Below are positions 14,307 through 25,199 of a DNA stretch of 36,062 nt, piece after piece. The translations under genes were made by a program, and so were the position numbers. Numbering within the stretch: the stretch's first letter is position 1; each line of letters starts with the position of its first letter. Source of the DNA: a virus; IMG/VR virus record IMGVR_UViG_3300031853_000142, positions 1-36,062 of that record; one strand, written 5' to 3'. The notes beneath the pieces are model-generated. The model worked only from the letters and a program-made list of their open reading frames with translations, did no database searches and was not told where the DNA came from.

Positions 14307-16778
14307 ATGCCAAGCCAACAATTGATTAACATTATAATTAAAGCAACTGACCAGGCTTCGGCAGCTGCACAGAAAGTAGACCAGAACCTACGTAAGATTG
14401 GTGAATCTGGTTCAAGGTTAAGTAAGATTCCAGGTTTCGATGCTATGAAAACTAAGATATCTGGACTTGCCACAACCTTGGATGGGAAACTCAATGGAGC
14501 ATTGACAAAGGCTCGTAACGGTTTCAACACCATCCGAACATCCATTGGAAACGTAGGCAGTACCATTAAGGGCAAGTTTGGTGGTGCGGTTGATGGTGTG
14601 CGGAACAAGTTAACCACCTTATCAAATGGTAGTAAAGGATTGGTTAGCAGTATGAATTTCCTTAAAGGTGCAGCATCGATGACCGCAGGTATGATAGGAT
14701 TTGAATTAGTGTCCGGTCTGATTGAAGCCGGAAGAGCTGCAATAAATGCTTCTTCACAATTGGATTATTTCGGTCAGAGATTGAATAAGATGAGTGGACA
14801 ATCCCATTTATCAAGTCAACAGTTCAAACAGTTCAAATCAGAATTAGGAGACTTGCAAAAGGAATTCCGTAAGGTGGACATGACTTCTGTCGGTGCTACT
14901 GCGGAGGAAATGGCAGTGAAAATGAACCTTCCTGCTAACAAATTAAGTGACCTAACAAGAATGACTGCGGTAATGTCATCCACTTTCGTTAAAGAAGGAC
15001 GTTCACAGGAGGATGCGATTTTAGCCGTTAGTGATGCAATGGACGGTCAATTCCGTAGACTCCAAGAGATAGGTATCAGCCAAGAAGACTTGCAGAATAA
15101 TGGTTGGGATGGTAACCTTGAAAACCAAGCAGGTTTAATCGATGCATTGAACAAGACAATGCAAGAAATGGGTTATGAGCAAACCGCAAAAGACATCACT
15201 AACTTGGATGAGGCTTTTACTGCTTTAAGCATTGCTGGTGGACAATTATTATCCGCTATTTTGATTCCATTAACTCCAGTGTTGATTCAGATTGTTGATG
15301 CTTTGTTGATGGCAGCAGATGCAGTTAAACCTTTCATTGATGCTTTGACTGGTGCAATTGGTGGAATGCCTGACTGGGCAAAATATGCCGGTTTGATAAT
15401 GGGATTCGCAGTAGTGGTGAACCTTGTTGCAGGTTGGATTACGGCAACATTGGTACCTGCATTAGCAGCAGCATCATTGGCCGCATTGGATTTCGCAGCT
15501 GCAATGTTGGCAAATCCATTAACATGGTATGCAATAGCAATCATGGCAATCGTAGTAGCGATATATGAGATTGGTAAAGCTTTCGGATGGTGGACAGATG
15601 TTTCTTCAATGCTTGATGCTGTATGGGCCGGCCTTAACAGGTTATGGCAAGCTTTCATAAATCATCCTGATGTACAGGCAACAATACAAGCATTATCACA
15701 AGCATGGGATGTATTATCCTCTGCCATAGGTGGTGTGATAAGTTGGATTGGAAGCTTCTTTGAAGCAAGCGGCGGCGGAAACTTCGATGTTGTCAGGGCC
15801 TTGATAGAGGGTATTGGACTTGCATGGGAAGCATTGACATTACCTATCAGAACAGTAATAACCATTGTGCAAACATTAGCGAATATATTTTCAAGCGTAG
15901 GCAGTTCACAGATAGACATATTAGCCGCTGTAACTACTGTGTGGGACCTTTTGAAAACATATATTGGTAATGTGCTCTTGCAGATAGCTTCATCTATTGT
16001 TAACTGGGGAATACAGATATTTACTGCAGCAGTTAGTGCTGGACAGAGTTTTGTCAATGGAGTAATCACATACATTAAGATATTACCTGGCAGATTGCTC
16101 ATGTATCTTTTCATGACAGCGGCCTATATAAGAATACAATTCACTAAGATGGTTACAACTGCAAGACAGAAAGCATTGCAGCTTGTTAGTGCCGTGGCTA
16201 ACCTTATACTAGGACTGCCTAGAAGAATGTTATCTGGTCTCCTTGGGGGCGTCACAAGCATAGTAACTGCTGGTGGAAGATGGGTAAGTAATGCAAGGAC
16301 CGAAGCAGGTAAAGTAGTTACAGCAGTAAGCAATAAATTATCAGGAATAGGTGGAGCAATCAGTGGAGCCTTAAGCGGTGTGGTCAATGCATTCACCAAG
16401 CCATTCAAAGATGCGTATAGTGCCGTTGCGGACTGGGTGGGTAAAATCAAAGCGAAAGCCAAGGAAGTGCCAGTAATTGGTGGTGCTTTCGGTGGTGAGG
16501 ACCTGCCCCTTGCTTATGGTGGCGAAGACTTAATCAGTTCACAAGTAGGTAGTATTGAGAAGATGGAAATCCACACTACTAATGATGTTAACTTAAGTTT
16601 GGATCTAAGGAATGTTCCGGCTGGTATTGATGAGGTTGTTTTAAGGAATGCATTAGTTGAGAGTTTGACTGATAAGAGTGTGTTAAGTGTGTTGGTGAAT
16701 AATAATGATTTCCAAAGTTTGGATAATAGGGCGAAGGCTCGTATCCTTGCAAGGAATAATAGAGCGAGAGGAGTGTAA
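14307..16778 (+). CDS. Tape measure protein
   Basis: 823 aa, Ala/Gly/Leu-rich helical; N-terminal IIIKATDQAS; Trp-spaced amphipathic repeats. Confidence 0.92.
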   Translation: MPSQQLINIIIKATDQASAAAQKVDQNLRKIGESGSRLSKIPGFDAMKTKISGLATTLDGKLNGALTKARNGFNTIRTSIGNVGSTIKGKFGGAVDGVRNKLTTLSNGSKGLVSSMNFLKGAASMTAGMIGFELVSGLIEAGRAAINASSQLDYFGQRLNKMSGQSHLSSQQFKQFKSELGDLQKEFRKVDMTSVGATAEEMAVKMNLPANKLSDLTRMTAVMSSTFVKEGRSQEDAILAVSDAMDGQFRRLQEIGISQEDLQNNGWDGNLENQAGLIDALNKTMQEMGYEQTAKDITNLDEAFTALSIAGGQLLSAILIPLTPVLIQIVDALLMAADAVKPFIDALTGAIGGMPDWAKYAGLIMGFAVVVNLVAGWITATLVPALAAASLAALDFAAAMLANPLTWYAIAIMAIVVAIYEIGKAFGWWTDVSSMLDAVWAGLNRLWQAFINHPDVQATIQALSQAWDVLSSAIGGVISWIGSFFEASGGGNFDVVRALIEGIGLAWEALTLPIRTVITIVQTLANIFSSVGSSQIDILAAVTTVWDLLKTYIGNVLLQIASSIVNWGIQIFTAAVSAGQSFVNGVITYIKILPGRLLMYLFMTAAYIRIQFTKMVTTARQKALQLVSAVANLILGLPRRMLSGLLGGVTSIVTAGGRWVSNARTEAGKVVTAVSNKLSGIGGAISGALSGVVNAFTKPFKDAYSAVADWVGKIKAKAKEVPVIGGAFGGEDLPLAYGGEDLISSQVGSIEKMEIHTTNDVNLSLDLRNVPAGIDEVVLRNALVESLTDKSVLSVLVNNNDFQSLDNRAKARILARNNRARGV

Positions 16779-16781
16779 TTT

Positions 16782-19775
16782 ATGGCTAGTGTGACTAAGT
16801 ATGCTGGTACTGTTTCGCAGACTACTGGTGGTCATTATGTTAGTTTTGATTATTTGAATAATATTAGGAATGCGGCGGAGAATAGTCATGCCATATCAAG
16901 TATTTTGATTCAGGGTAAAAGTGAAACCAAGAATAGACCATCTACTATATCTTGTACTGGGTTTAATTTTAACTTGCCGTTGGGTGCAGAACCTACAAAA
17001 ATCGTTGTGGAGTATCGTCATCGTAAGAATACTGGCAGTGATTATAGTAGTAAGTATCCTAAGAGGGTTTTGAATATTCCTGCACCTACTATATCATTGT
17101 TGGGTGTGAGTGGTTTTAGTGCGAAGGGAGTAGCACCGACTACCACTATGAAAACCAATACTAAAACCTTTGATGTTAAGGGTAAAATATCAAGGGCTCA
17201 GTTGAATAGTACGGGTTTTGGTTGCCGTATTAATTATCCGAGTAATACTAATAAGTGGAATGGTTATTTAAGAATTAGTTATGTTCGTGTCCGTGTTGAG
17301 TATGTCCTGAGTGATTACACGGTTAAGGTTGATGCGGTTGATGGTTATAATCAGGAACCTTTTGATGTTACTTTAAGGATTAGTAATAAGAATTTGACAA
17401 GGTATAATCCATCATTGACACTTACGACACCAGTTGGGTTCTCTTATGAGTCCTACGAAGGAACTGGTAAAATAACCAAGGTTAATAATACTACTTATCG
17501 TTGGGAGCCGAGTGTCGGTGGTAGTGGCAGTAGCAATATTACATTAAGGTTTACACCATCGGTTACTTATCCAAGTGGGTCTGATGTTTTCACTGGCACA
17601 TTTACTTTAAGTGAGAGTTTGAATGGTAGTAATGCATCTAAATTGGTTAGTATTCGTGAAAAACCACAGACCAGTACCGAATCCGAGACTGGTGACACTA
17701 CTGATGTTGAGAGTGCGTCTGATGATGATGGAAACATGATTATCGATATGCCAACTGACACGGTTTATCAGACTGTCAATGAAGAGTTTAAATTCATAGT
17801 ACGTAAAGAAGATATGCCCTATGACGCAACCCACGGCTACTGGTATCAAGTAATGGCTGTTGACCCTCGAACCGGCATTATCAGTCTGGAGAGACTCCCC
17901 GCAGATGTCATTTGCCAAATCTACCCCGACGATGATAATGTCCAAGTAATCGTGGAGGATTGGGGTGACGAAGAAAGTATAAACTTCCTAATATATTTCA
18001 CTGCTCTCGGGGCACAAACCATCGGATTAATAGATAAGGATGGGCGTGTTGTGGATTATCATTTCCATATTATTCCACAAACTGGTGAGGTGGTTAACAG
18101 TATCCTCCTCCAACCCTCCGAAGAAGAAACTGACAGATTAGGAACAGGTTATGCTTACATCGCACAAGCAGATATGAAACAAACCACCACCGACACTTAC
18201 AAACGCGACTGGTACAAAAACAATCGTATCGGAGTATTCAACAATCCAATAACTGATAATATCACAATAACCGAAACTACCGACCCAGACACAGGCGAAA
18301 TAACCGAAACCATAACAGACACAACCGATTATGAAAACCTAACACCAACCCAAATCATTCAGAATGCGGAATACTGGAGCAACAACCTCGCCGGCATTAA
18401 CGAGTATGATACTGTTGATGTGGACTTCACCTATAATGAAAATTACCCATTATACATAATCATAACCGGCGACCACACCGAAGCCGAAGGGGCAGGGTTC
18501 GACCCTGGAAACATAACCTTTGATAATGTCTGTATTATTGAGAAACAGGTGTACAAGGGCAGAGAACAAACTGGCAACTACCCCTCACCAATCACTAACC
18601 TACTCGATGAAAACATAGCCGAGACAAGCATTCCTAATTTGGATACAACAGAAACCATAGTCCTCTATGATTTCCCACTAGAAGAAGAGTACGGAACCGA
18701 CGAAACACACTCAATCAGGGGAATTGAAGTAACTGGAACCATAGAACAAGCCGATGAAATGGTATTATCCGCGAAACTCGTAAGCCCAAGTGGTGAGACT
18801 GGTGAAAGAACCATAATCATAAACAACCAAGACACCATCGACTCCCAAACCGAATTCCAGTTCGGAGGCTTAGGCGATTTATGGGGCTTCCAAACCACCG
18901 ACCTAACACAATTAGGTGATTGGGAGGTGCAAATCTTCGCCAACAACATATTATTAGAAGAAGAGGCGAATTTGAATTTTGGAGATATAAGAATAGGCTT
19001 CTACATCGAACAATTACAAGAACAACTAATCAATGTAAAGGTAAATGGAGAAGATTTAAGTTACTATGGTGCCTTTATAGAAGATGCACAAATACCAGAA
19101 GGACTTGACACAGATACAAGCTTCTTGAGCATTGATGGAACCGATACCAATGATGCTTACAGGCAGAATATTCGTGAAAAGGTTATTGAATTGGAGATGA
19201 GTATCGGCGAATGCGACCTACAAACAAGTACCGATATGCTCAGACAACTAACCAAACTACTCGTCAACGAAAAAGACGAATACAACCGACCAATACCAAA
19301 CACGATCGAATTCAGCCACTACCCAGATGTCTACTTCGAATATATTATGACCGACACAATGGACATAACCACAAGTGCAGGAGCCTACACTATCAAGGCA
19401 AAACTAACAATACCGGCAGGTACTGCATACTCAAAACAGAACACCAGTACCAATATCACTGGTTTTGTGCAGGGAATAGCATCAGTTAATCCAGTAATCA
19501 GTTTAAAGGCACAAGATAATGTAATCACACTCCAAGAAACCGTAACCGGTCAAAAATTCACAATCGGCTACGATGGAGACTGGCAAACTGGTATCGTGGA
19601 GATTGATTGCGAAGAGCGGAAAGTCTACCACCGGACTAATGAGGACGATACAGAACCAACCGACCTGTCAAAGTATGTGGACTTCAACAGCGACTGGTTC
19701 AACCTGCACGGAGAATACAACTTCAACGCCACCGGCTGCACAGTCAGAAAGGTAGAATTTACGGAGAGATGGTAA
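16782..19775 (+). CDS. Distal tail (Dit-like) protein with large adhesin-like N-terminal extension
   Basis: C-terminal ~250 aa Dit-like (VKVNGEDL...EIDCEERKV...DWFNLHGEYN); DUF11/Ig-like segment (FDVTLRISN...TYRWE) and jelly-roll-like segments upstream. Confidence 0.7.
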   Translation: MASVTKYAGTVSQTTGGHYVSFDYLNNIRNAAENSHAISSILIQGKSETKNRPSTISCTGFNFNLPLGAEPTKIVVEYRHRKNTGSDYSSKYPKRVLNIPAPTISLLGVSGFSAKGVAPTTTMKTNTKTFDVKGKISRAQLNSTGFGCRINYPSNTNKWNGYLRISYVRVRVEYVLSDYTVKVDAVDGYNQEPFDVTLRISNKNLTRYNPSLTLTTPVGFSYESYEGTGKITKVNNTTYRWEPSVGGSGSSNITLRFTPSVTYPSGSDVFTGTFTLSESLNGSNASKLVSIREKPQTSTESETGDTTDVESASDDDGNMIIDMPTDTVYQTVNEEFKFIVRKEDMPYDATHGYWYQVMAVDPRTGIISLERLPADVICQIYPDDDNVQVIVEDWGDEESINFLIYFTALGAQTIGLIDKDGRVVDYHFHIIPQTGEVVNSILLQPSEEETDRLGTGYAYIAQADMKQTTTDTYKRDWYKNNRIGVFNNPITDNITITETTDPDTGEITETITDTTDYENLTPTQIIQNAEYWSNNLAGINEYDTVDVDFTYNENYPLYIIITGDHTEAEGAGFDPGNITFDNVCIIEKQVYKGREQTGNYPSPITNLLDENIAETSIPNLDTTETIVLYDFPLEEEYGTDETHSIRGIEVTGTIEQADEMVLSAKLVSPSGETGERTIIINNQDTIDSQTEFQFGGLGDLWGFQTTDLTQLGDWEVQIFANNILLEEEANLNFGDIRIGFYIEQLQEQLINVKVNGEDLSYYGAFIEDAQIPEGLDTDTSFLSIDGTDTNDAYRQNIREKVIELEMSIGECDLQTSTDMLRQLTKLLVNEKDEYNRPIPNTIEFSHYPDVYFEYIMTDTMDITTSAGAYTIKAKLTIPAGTAYSKQNTSTNITGFVQGIASVNPVISLKAQDNVITLQETVTGQKFTIGYDGDWQTGIVEIDCEERKVYHRTNEDDTEPTDLSKYVDFNSDWFNLHGEYNFNATGCTVRKVEFTERW

Positions 19776-19778
19776 ACT

Positions 19779-22700
19779 ATGGGATTAACTATTGTTGTGA
19801 TGACTGGTGATGAGGAATTTTTAAGATTCCTCGACCCAGAACTCTGCGATTTAACAGAAACACACGAACAAGGTGGCTTACGCTCACTTGACTTCACCTA
19901 CCAGTTCCAAGACCTGCACGAAGACAAGCAACTATTCCGTATAGGTAACAAGGTGTGGATTAGTGGCGACAACAACCTAACCGACTGCCTATATGTGATA
20001 AATACACCAGTCGAGACCGATGTATACCAAGAAAACAGTTTCCACACAGAACTGGAAGAAGTATTAGTCGAGCTCAACTATGCTCCATTATTCACACAGA
20101 ACGAACTAACCACGGCTAATGGGTTTGATGTGAGCATAACCAATGGACAACAAAGCGTAAACATCGACTATAATGCCTTACATTACTGGTTCGGCGACTG
20201 GTTTAATATTGGAGTAGTACAATATGCAATGAACAAAGCCTACAACCATATTAGTCTGAATGGTACAATTAACCTAATGGCATTGCTCCGATACATCGAA
20301 GAAGAAACCGGTAATGTCTTTGTTACAAGGTACGAAAAAGACCAACTCAATAATACAATCCATCGTTACTTGGACTTCTTGAATCCGATAGATGTAAGCA
20401 AGAACTGGCAACTCAACATCGAATACGATTTCGTAACCGAAAACACCACAACCCCAGAAATCTACGATAGCGATGGAAACCCCACAACCGATACTTATGA
20501 GGATGTCGAAGAAGAAGACGACATAGTAAACTTTGAGGACGGAACACCATTACTGAATATAGATCCAACAGTTACAGAGTTAAGGATAACCAATGCAAGT
20601 GGCGAACTCCTTAACAGTGATGGGCTGGTCTACAAAGAAGGGGATACTGCTTTAAGTTGGAATGCCGAAACAGTTGGCCTTGATGGAACCGACCAAAATG
20701 TAGTAATCGTGTTAAGTATGAATCACGGAACCCTTGGAATGGAAATCAAGGGTAAAAGCTTCGCCGTCGCACCATCAGATGTTTGTGGTATTCAGCCGAA
20801 AAGCTTCATCAGTATCGCGGATGACCCTGACACAATCGAGGACACCACTATCCCAGATGACAGTTATTTCACCATTTATGATACTGAAAACAAGATTAAC
20901 TTGTACATGACTTGCATCAATCGTGAAATCGGACACGTACACGAAGAGGTATTGGATTTCGGTTTTAACTTGGAGAATGTGCAGTTTGAGACAGATGAGA
21001 CCGAAACATTCACCAGCATAAGCCCAATCCTAAGCCTTGATGACAATAATGGTCTTACAAGGAATGATATGAACAACATCATAACTGCTTGGAAGAACCT
21101 ATCTGTCACTAAGGGCGAAACAATACCAATGATAATCGAGAAGGTGCAGATACAAGCAAATGACACCAGTATGGCACAGCAACAAATGGGAGCAAGCAGT
21201 AAGAGTAATTTCTGGCAGAGACCATACCACCCACAAGACCAGCCTGATACACAAACCGCTAGCAATAGCAAATGGGAGTATTGGAGAGCCACCGCATACT
21301 GGAAAGCACCCTATACTAAACTGGCGGGTGATTTGCACATAAGCACCGAGAACATTCCTAATATGGAGTATACCACAGTATACGGCAACCCAGATGTAAG
21401 AGACGATTTCTTATTGAACCGTCCGAAGATGGGAACCGTCGAAACAAGCGACGAAGTAGCCCTAGCAATCTACAATGATGTTGCAATGAAACTCAAAGAA
21501 AAATCCACTAGGGAATTCAACATCACCTTAGATGTCGCTAACCTACGGAAAGAAGGAAGCTTCAACGATTATGAACTGCACGATAAGGTTTATGTGAAAC
21601 TCCCTGATTATAGCGAACTTGTTACTGCTCGTGTAGTCAAGACTAGCAAGGAGGCTCATGATGTCGCCAAAAACACCATTGAGTTATCCAATTATAGCCT
21701 TAACAATATTAAAGCAGTGACCAAGGAAACAAGCATCAATGCCAATAATGTCAGTTTTAAATATCCGAACGAGAAACTATACAGTATTAGGCTTGAGAAC
21801 TTGGATTATGATGAGACCGACACCTACAGCACACAATATTTAGCCAATAAACTGGTTACTTTTGCCTTGTATACTGTCAAAGAGAATGGCAGTAGTAAGA
21901 CTTTGACCAAGCATACCTATAATCGTTTGACTGATGCTGATGGTTATGCAAGGCTGAACTTGCAGTTTAGCCCAGGGGATTATGAACTGGTTATAAGTTT
22001 TGGTGGTGATGAGGAGTACGAAGAAGCCACAAATACCGTTCAAGTCAATGTGTCTGGTACTATGGAGACTCCGCCGAAGCCAGTTGACACTAAAAAGAAG
22101 ACTCCAAGTAATTTGAAGCAGAAAACCACAAAGAAAACCAGTAAATCCACAAAAAGCGTAAAAAGGTATTACAGCAAGTATGGAGTAAGTCCTGATGGAA
22201 AGTACCTTATGGCTATTGGTCTACCTAGTGCATATGGTGAGTTACCCAAATATGGTGCCAAATTTTATAAAACCGTGTTTAAAAGGAAATGTCCATTCTG
22301 TGGCAGTAAGGAACTTTATTGGGGTATATTCTGGGCTGGCAACGAGCACAGCAACTGGGGAAAATTCCCAGCCACAGGCAAACGAGAAGGAGGCTCAGCC
22401 GAAGGCCATATCTTCTGTAAAAAATGCGATGCAGACTTCAGCACAATTACTGGCGCGAACCACGGCTCAAACCCTAAAAAGTTGAAAATGTACAAGAAAC
22501 CAGTAATAAGCAAGAAAACCGAAGCCTACACCCTTAAAAAAGGGAAAATGTACTACGACACAATAACAAAAACCGTCAAAGCCAAGAATGTCGAATCCAA
22601 CAAAACAAGAACCCAGAGTTACACGATCAACAAGAACCTAGTCCAACTTGCCAAAAACATAGTCGGCAACAGCACAGGTCTTGCAGCTGCCAAGAAGATA

Positions 22701-23069
22701 GCAGCGTGGTGTGGTAAAAAGAGTAATCTCAGGTATGATTATTATGATAATTTCAGGCGTTCACCAACATATGTTATGAAAGTGAAAGGAGCGAATTGTT
22801 GTGATAGTACACGGTTTATGTTCACATTGATGGATGCGGCTGGTTGCACCGAAACATTAAGGTTGGAGTATGTGCATACAAAGAATGGCATTAACGGTCA
22901 TGTCCTCGGCAAGATTACCACCATTAGCAGTGGCAAATGGCGGTACGTGGACCCCGTCTTGAAGTCTCGTGCACCATGGGGCCACCACCTAAATAACCCA
23001 AAATATGGTAATGTCCCTGGGACTACTCATAGTTATCAGGGTCCGAATTATCCTAATGGTTTCTTCTAA
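19779..23069 (+). CDS. Tail hub/Tal-like protein with C-terminal transglutaminase-like pseudomurein hydrolase
   Basis: Follows Dit; YELHDKVYVK...VTARVVKTSK...NTIELSN tail-endopeptidase-type motif; Ig-like domain; CPFC...CKKC zinc motif; putative Cys-His-Asp triad (GANCCD, NGHV, YVDP). Confidence 0.75.
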   Translation: MGLTIVVMTGDEEFLRFLDPELCDLTETHEQGGLRSLDFTYQFQDLHEDKQLFRIGNKVWISGDNNLTDCLYVINTPVETDVYQENSFHTELEEVLVELNYAPLFTQNELTTANGFDVSITNGQQSVNIDYNALHYWFGDWFNIGVVQYAMNKAYNHISLNGTINLMALLRYIEEETGNVFVTRYEKDQLNNTIHRYLDFLNPIDVSKNWQLNIEYDFVTENTTTPEIYDSDGNPTTDTYEDVEEEDDIVNFEDGTPLLNIDPTVTELRITNASGELLNSDGLVYKEGDTALSWNAETVGLDGTDQNVVIVLSMNHGTLGMEIKGKSFAVAPSDVCGIQPKSFISIADDPDTIEDTTIPDDSYFTIYDTENKINLYMTCINREIGHVHEEVLDFGFNLENVQFETDETETFTSISPILSLDDNNGLTRNDMNNIITAWKNLSVTKGETIPMIIEKVQIQANDTSMAQQQMGASSKSNFWQRPYHPQDQPDTQTASNSKWEYWRATAYWKAPYTKLAGDLHISTENIPNMEYTTVYGNPDVRDDFLLNRPKMGTVETSDEVALAIYNDVAMKLKEKSTREFNITLDVANLRKEGSFNDYELHDKVYVKLPDYSELVTARVVKTSKEAHDVAKNTIELSNYSLNNIKAVTKETSINANNVSFKYPNEKLYSIRLENLDYDETDTYSTQYLANKLVTFALYTVKENGSSKTLTKHTYNRLTDADGYARLNLQFSPGDYELVISFGGDEEYEEATNTVQVNVSGTMETPPKPVDTKKKTPSNLKQKTTKKTSKSTKSVKRYYSKYGVSPDGKYLMAIGLPSAYGELPKYGAKFYKTVFKRKCPFCGSKELYWGIFWAGNEHSNWGKFPATGKREGGSAEGHIFCKKCDADFSTITGANHGSNPKKLKMYKKPVISKKTEAYTLKKGKMYYDTITKTVKAKNVESNKTRTQSYTINKNLVQLAKNIVGNSTGLAAAKKIAAWCGKKSNLRYDYYDNFRRSPTYVMKVKGANCCDSTRFMFTLMDAAGCTETLRLEYVHTKNGINGHVLGKITTISSGKWRYVDPVLKSRAPWGHHLNNPKYGNVPGTTHSYQGPNYPNGFF

Positions 23070-23099
23070 AAAAAAGAGTATTGGAGTGTGAATTAAAAT

Positions 23100-23447
23100 A
23101 TGGTTGAGAAAATCCTAATAAGCCCAGCCCGTTTAAGGTGCTATGGGAATGTAATAAGTGAGCATAGTCTTGAAGATTATATGCTGAATAAGAGTATTCT
23201 TGTGAAGATGACTGACACTATCGATGGTGTGTTGCAGACTGTTTATCAGTTCGGCTACACATTGTATGGTTTCATCTTCGGCGTGGATACGGGGTTGAAA
23301 GAATTGTATGTGCAGACAGAGAATACTGGATTGTTAAGCTTCGGCTTGAGTAATAAGAGTTTGTACGTGGAAACAAGCAGTGAGGATATGACTTGCAGTA
23401 TTGGTGTAGATGATAAGAGCGTGTATATTGAAGTAAATGAGGTATGA
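23100..23447 (+). CDS. Hypothetical virion/tail-tip protein
   Basis: ORF track; position in the tail-tip cluster; internal repeat (ELYVQT/SLYVET/SVYIEV). Confidence 0.6.
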   Translation: MVEKILISPARLRCYGNVISEHSLEDYMLNKSILVKMTDTIDGVLQTVYQFGYTLYGFIFGVDTGLKELYVQTENTGLLSFGLSNKSLYVETSSEDMTCSIGVDDKSVYIEVNEV

Positions 23448-24115
23448 TATGTATGAGTGAAAGAAGCAGCGTAAGTATAGCGGAAGTTTTGGGTGATAAT
23501 TATTACATTGACAAGTTAACCAGTAGTGAGTATAGTCCTGCCGTAGGTGATACTGTTACAATAACATTACTGGTTAAGGATGTGTTCGGCGACCCAGTCA
23601 CTGGTCAGACCCGTACTGTTACTTGTACTGGTGGCAGTTTTGTTAGTGTGAATGGAAGTAGCATAACCTCATCAAGTAGTGTTGAGGTTACTACTGGTAG
23701 CGGGGGCACTGTTACATTGGGTTTAAGTGTATCCGTGGCGGATAATATTATTGTATCTGATGGTAGAGCAGAGTGTGTTGTCAGTTCGTTAAGCACCAGT
23801 ATAGCGAATATTGGAACTTTTGAAAAAGTAGCCGAAAACACCACCTATGAATTATGGGTGAACACTACTACAAGATGTGCAAGAATAATAGGGCATCGTA
23901 CAAACGTCACAATAGGCTCTGGTGAGCGTTTTAACAATTATAGTGATTTCATAATCCCAAGTGCCTACTACCCACAGAGGAGTATATATCGTTTGATTAT
24001 GCGAAGTAATCAATTCATATTCTACCTATACGATAATGGCAGTTATGGGATTTACAATACTGGTAGTAGTGTTAGTGATTATAATCTCAGTTTCCAAATC
24101 GACTACACCTATTAA
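23444..24115 (+). CDS. Putative receptor-binding/adhesin protein with Ig-like (Big_1-like) domain
   Basis: VGDTVTITLLVKDVFGDPVTG...VTTGSGGTVTL Ig-like pattern; aromatic-rich C-terminal domain. Confidence 0.6.
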   Translation: MICMSERSSVSIAEVLGDNYYIDKLTSSEYSPAVGDTVTITLLVKDVFGDPVTGQTRTVTCTGGSFVSVNGSSITSSSSVEVTTGSGGTVTLGLSVSVADNIIVSDGRAECVVSSLSTSIANIGTFEKVAENTTYELWVNTTTRCARIIGHRTNVTIGSGERFNNYSDFIIPSAYYPQRSIYRLIMRSNQFIFYLYDNGSYGIYNTGSSVSDYNLSFQIDYTY

Positions 24116-24152
24116 TTAATAATGGTAGAAGACCACAAAAAAAGGGTGAAAA

Positions 24153-25199
24153 ATGACAAAAATCAAAACAACTGACATTATCAAAGAAGCGGTTGAAGTT
24201 AAACATTTTATTGAAACTAATAAGAAGCTTCCACGGTACTGCACAATCCAAGGCAACCAATACACCCCATACACGGTCGCCTACTTGATAAGCCGAACCA
24301 TTGCAAACTTGAAAGCAGATACTTTTAATGTTAAAGCAATTGGCAAGTCTAACCAAGGATTCAGTGTGAAACTCTCCGAAAATTGTAGCAAAACAACCTA
24401 CCTTGATATGATAGGTAGGTTTAATGATTATTGTAGCAAAAATGGTAGAGTCCCTGCATATGTAGTAACCATAAGAAACAAATCCGATTTCACAACTTAC
24501 CTTTACGGAGTGTGTAAAATACTAAACTACTACAAGCAAAACAATACTTTGCCGAAGACTTGCCTATTTACAAGTGCCTACATTGATGTAAATGGAAGGA
24601 GCAGTACAAATTCAAAAAAAGATACTGCTCAATCTACATCAAGTAATGCAAACCTTGAAGTTTATACCAGTAGCCCACACTATCTGAATACTGGATGCAA
24701 CAACCTAGGACAATGCACCAGTTATTACTGTGGTGTTCATTCAGTCCATCAAGTATTGCGGAAGTTTGGAATAACCAAATACAACGAAAACAAACTAGCA
24801 GGCTGGGCAGGAACCACAACCTCAGGAACCGACCATCAAGGCATACTTACTGCGATTGCCAAGGCAAGTAATGGCAAACTACAAGCAAAGTGGATTAATT
24901 TTAGCAGTCTTGGAAATGATACAAACAGTAGGTTTAAAGCATTAGGCAAACTAATAAGCCAAAAGGATACTGACTGCATCATACACAACCTATACCGATT
25001 AAAATATGGTCATTATGAAACCATCCACAAAATCGACCACACCAACAAAACAGTATATGTCTTAAACAGTCTTGGCAATAAGTGTGGCACAACCAGTTAT
25101 TGCGGATACATAGAAAAAAGAAGCTACAATGAATATGCCAAGTATATTGCAAATACACCGGCTAACCAACCAAGCATATGCCTAATCACAAAAAAATAA
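24153..25199 (+). CDS. Endolysin: pseudomurein endoisopeptidase (pseudomurein-binding repeats + C39-like peptidase, PeiR-like)
   Basis: N-terminal repeats (FIETNKKLPRYC; YCSKNGRVPAYV; YYKQNNTLPKTC); GQCTSYYCGVHS nucleophile motif; GHYETI; VYVLNSLG. Confidence 0.85.
   Translation: MTKIKTTDIIKEAVEVKHFIETNKKLPRYCTIQGNQYTPYTVAYLISRTIANLKADTFNVKAIGKSNQGFSVKLSENCSKTTYLDMIGRFNDYCSKNGRVPAYVVTIRNKSDFTTYLYGVCKILNYYKQNNTLPKTCLFTSAYIDVNGRSSTNSKKDTAQSTSSNANLEVYTSSPHYLNTGCNNLGQCTSYYCGVHSVHQVLRKFGITKYNENKLAGWAGTTTSGTDHQGILTAIAKASNGKLQAKWINFSSLGNDTNSRFKALGKLISQKDTDCIIHNLYRLKYGHYETIHKIDHTNKTVYVLNSLGNKCGTTSYCGYIEKRSYNEYAKYIANTPANQPSICLITKK

Noticed and set aside
16782-24115. Diversity-generating retroelement or invertible adhesin shufflon in the tail-tip region
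   Set aside because: No reverse transcriptase, no second recombinase, and no template/variable repeat pair or inverted repeats seen by eye
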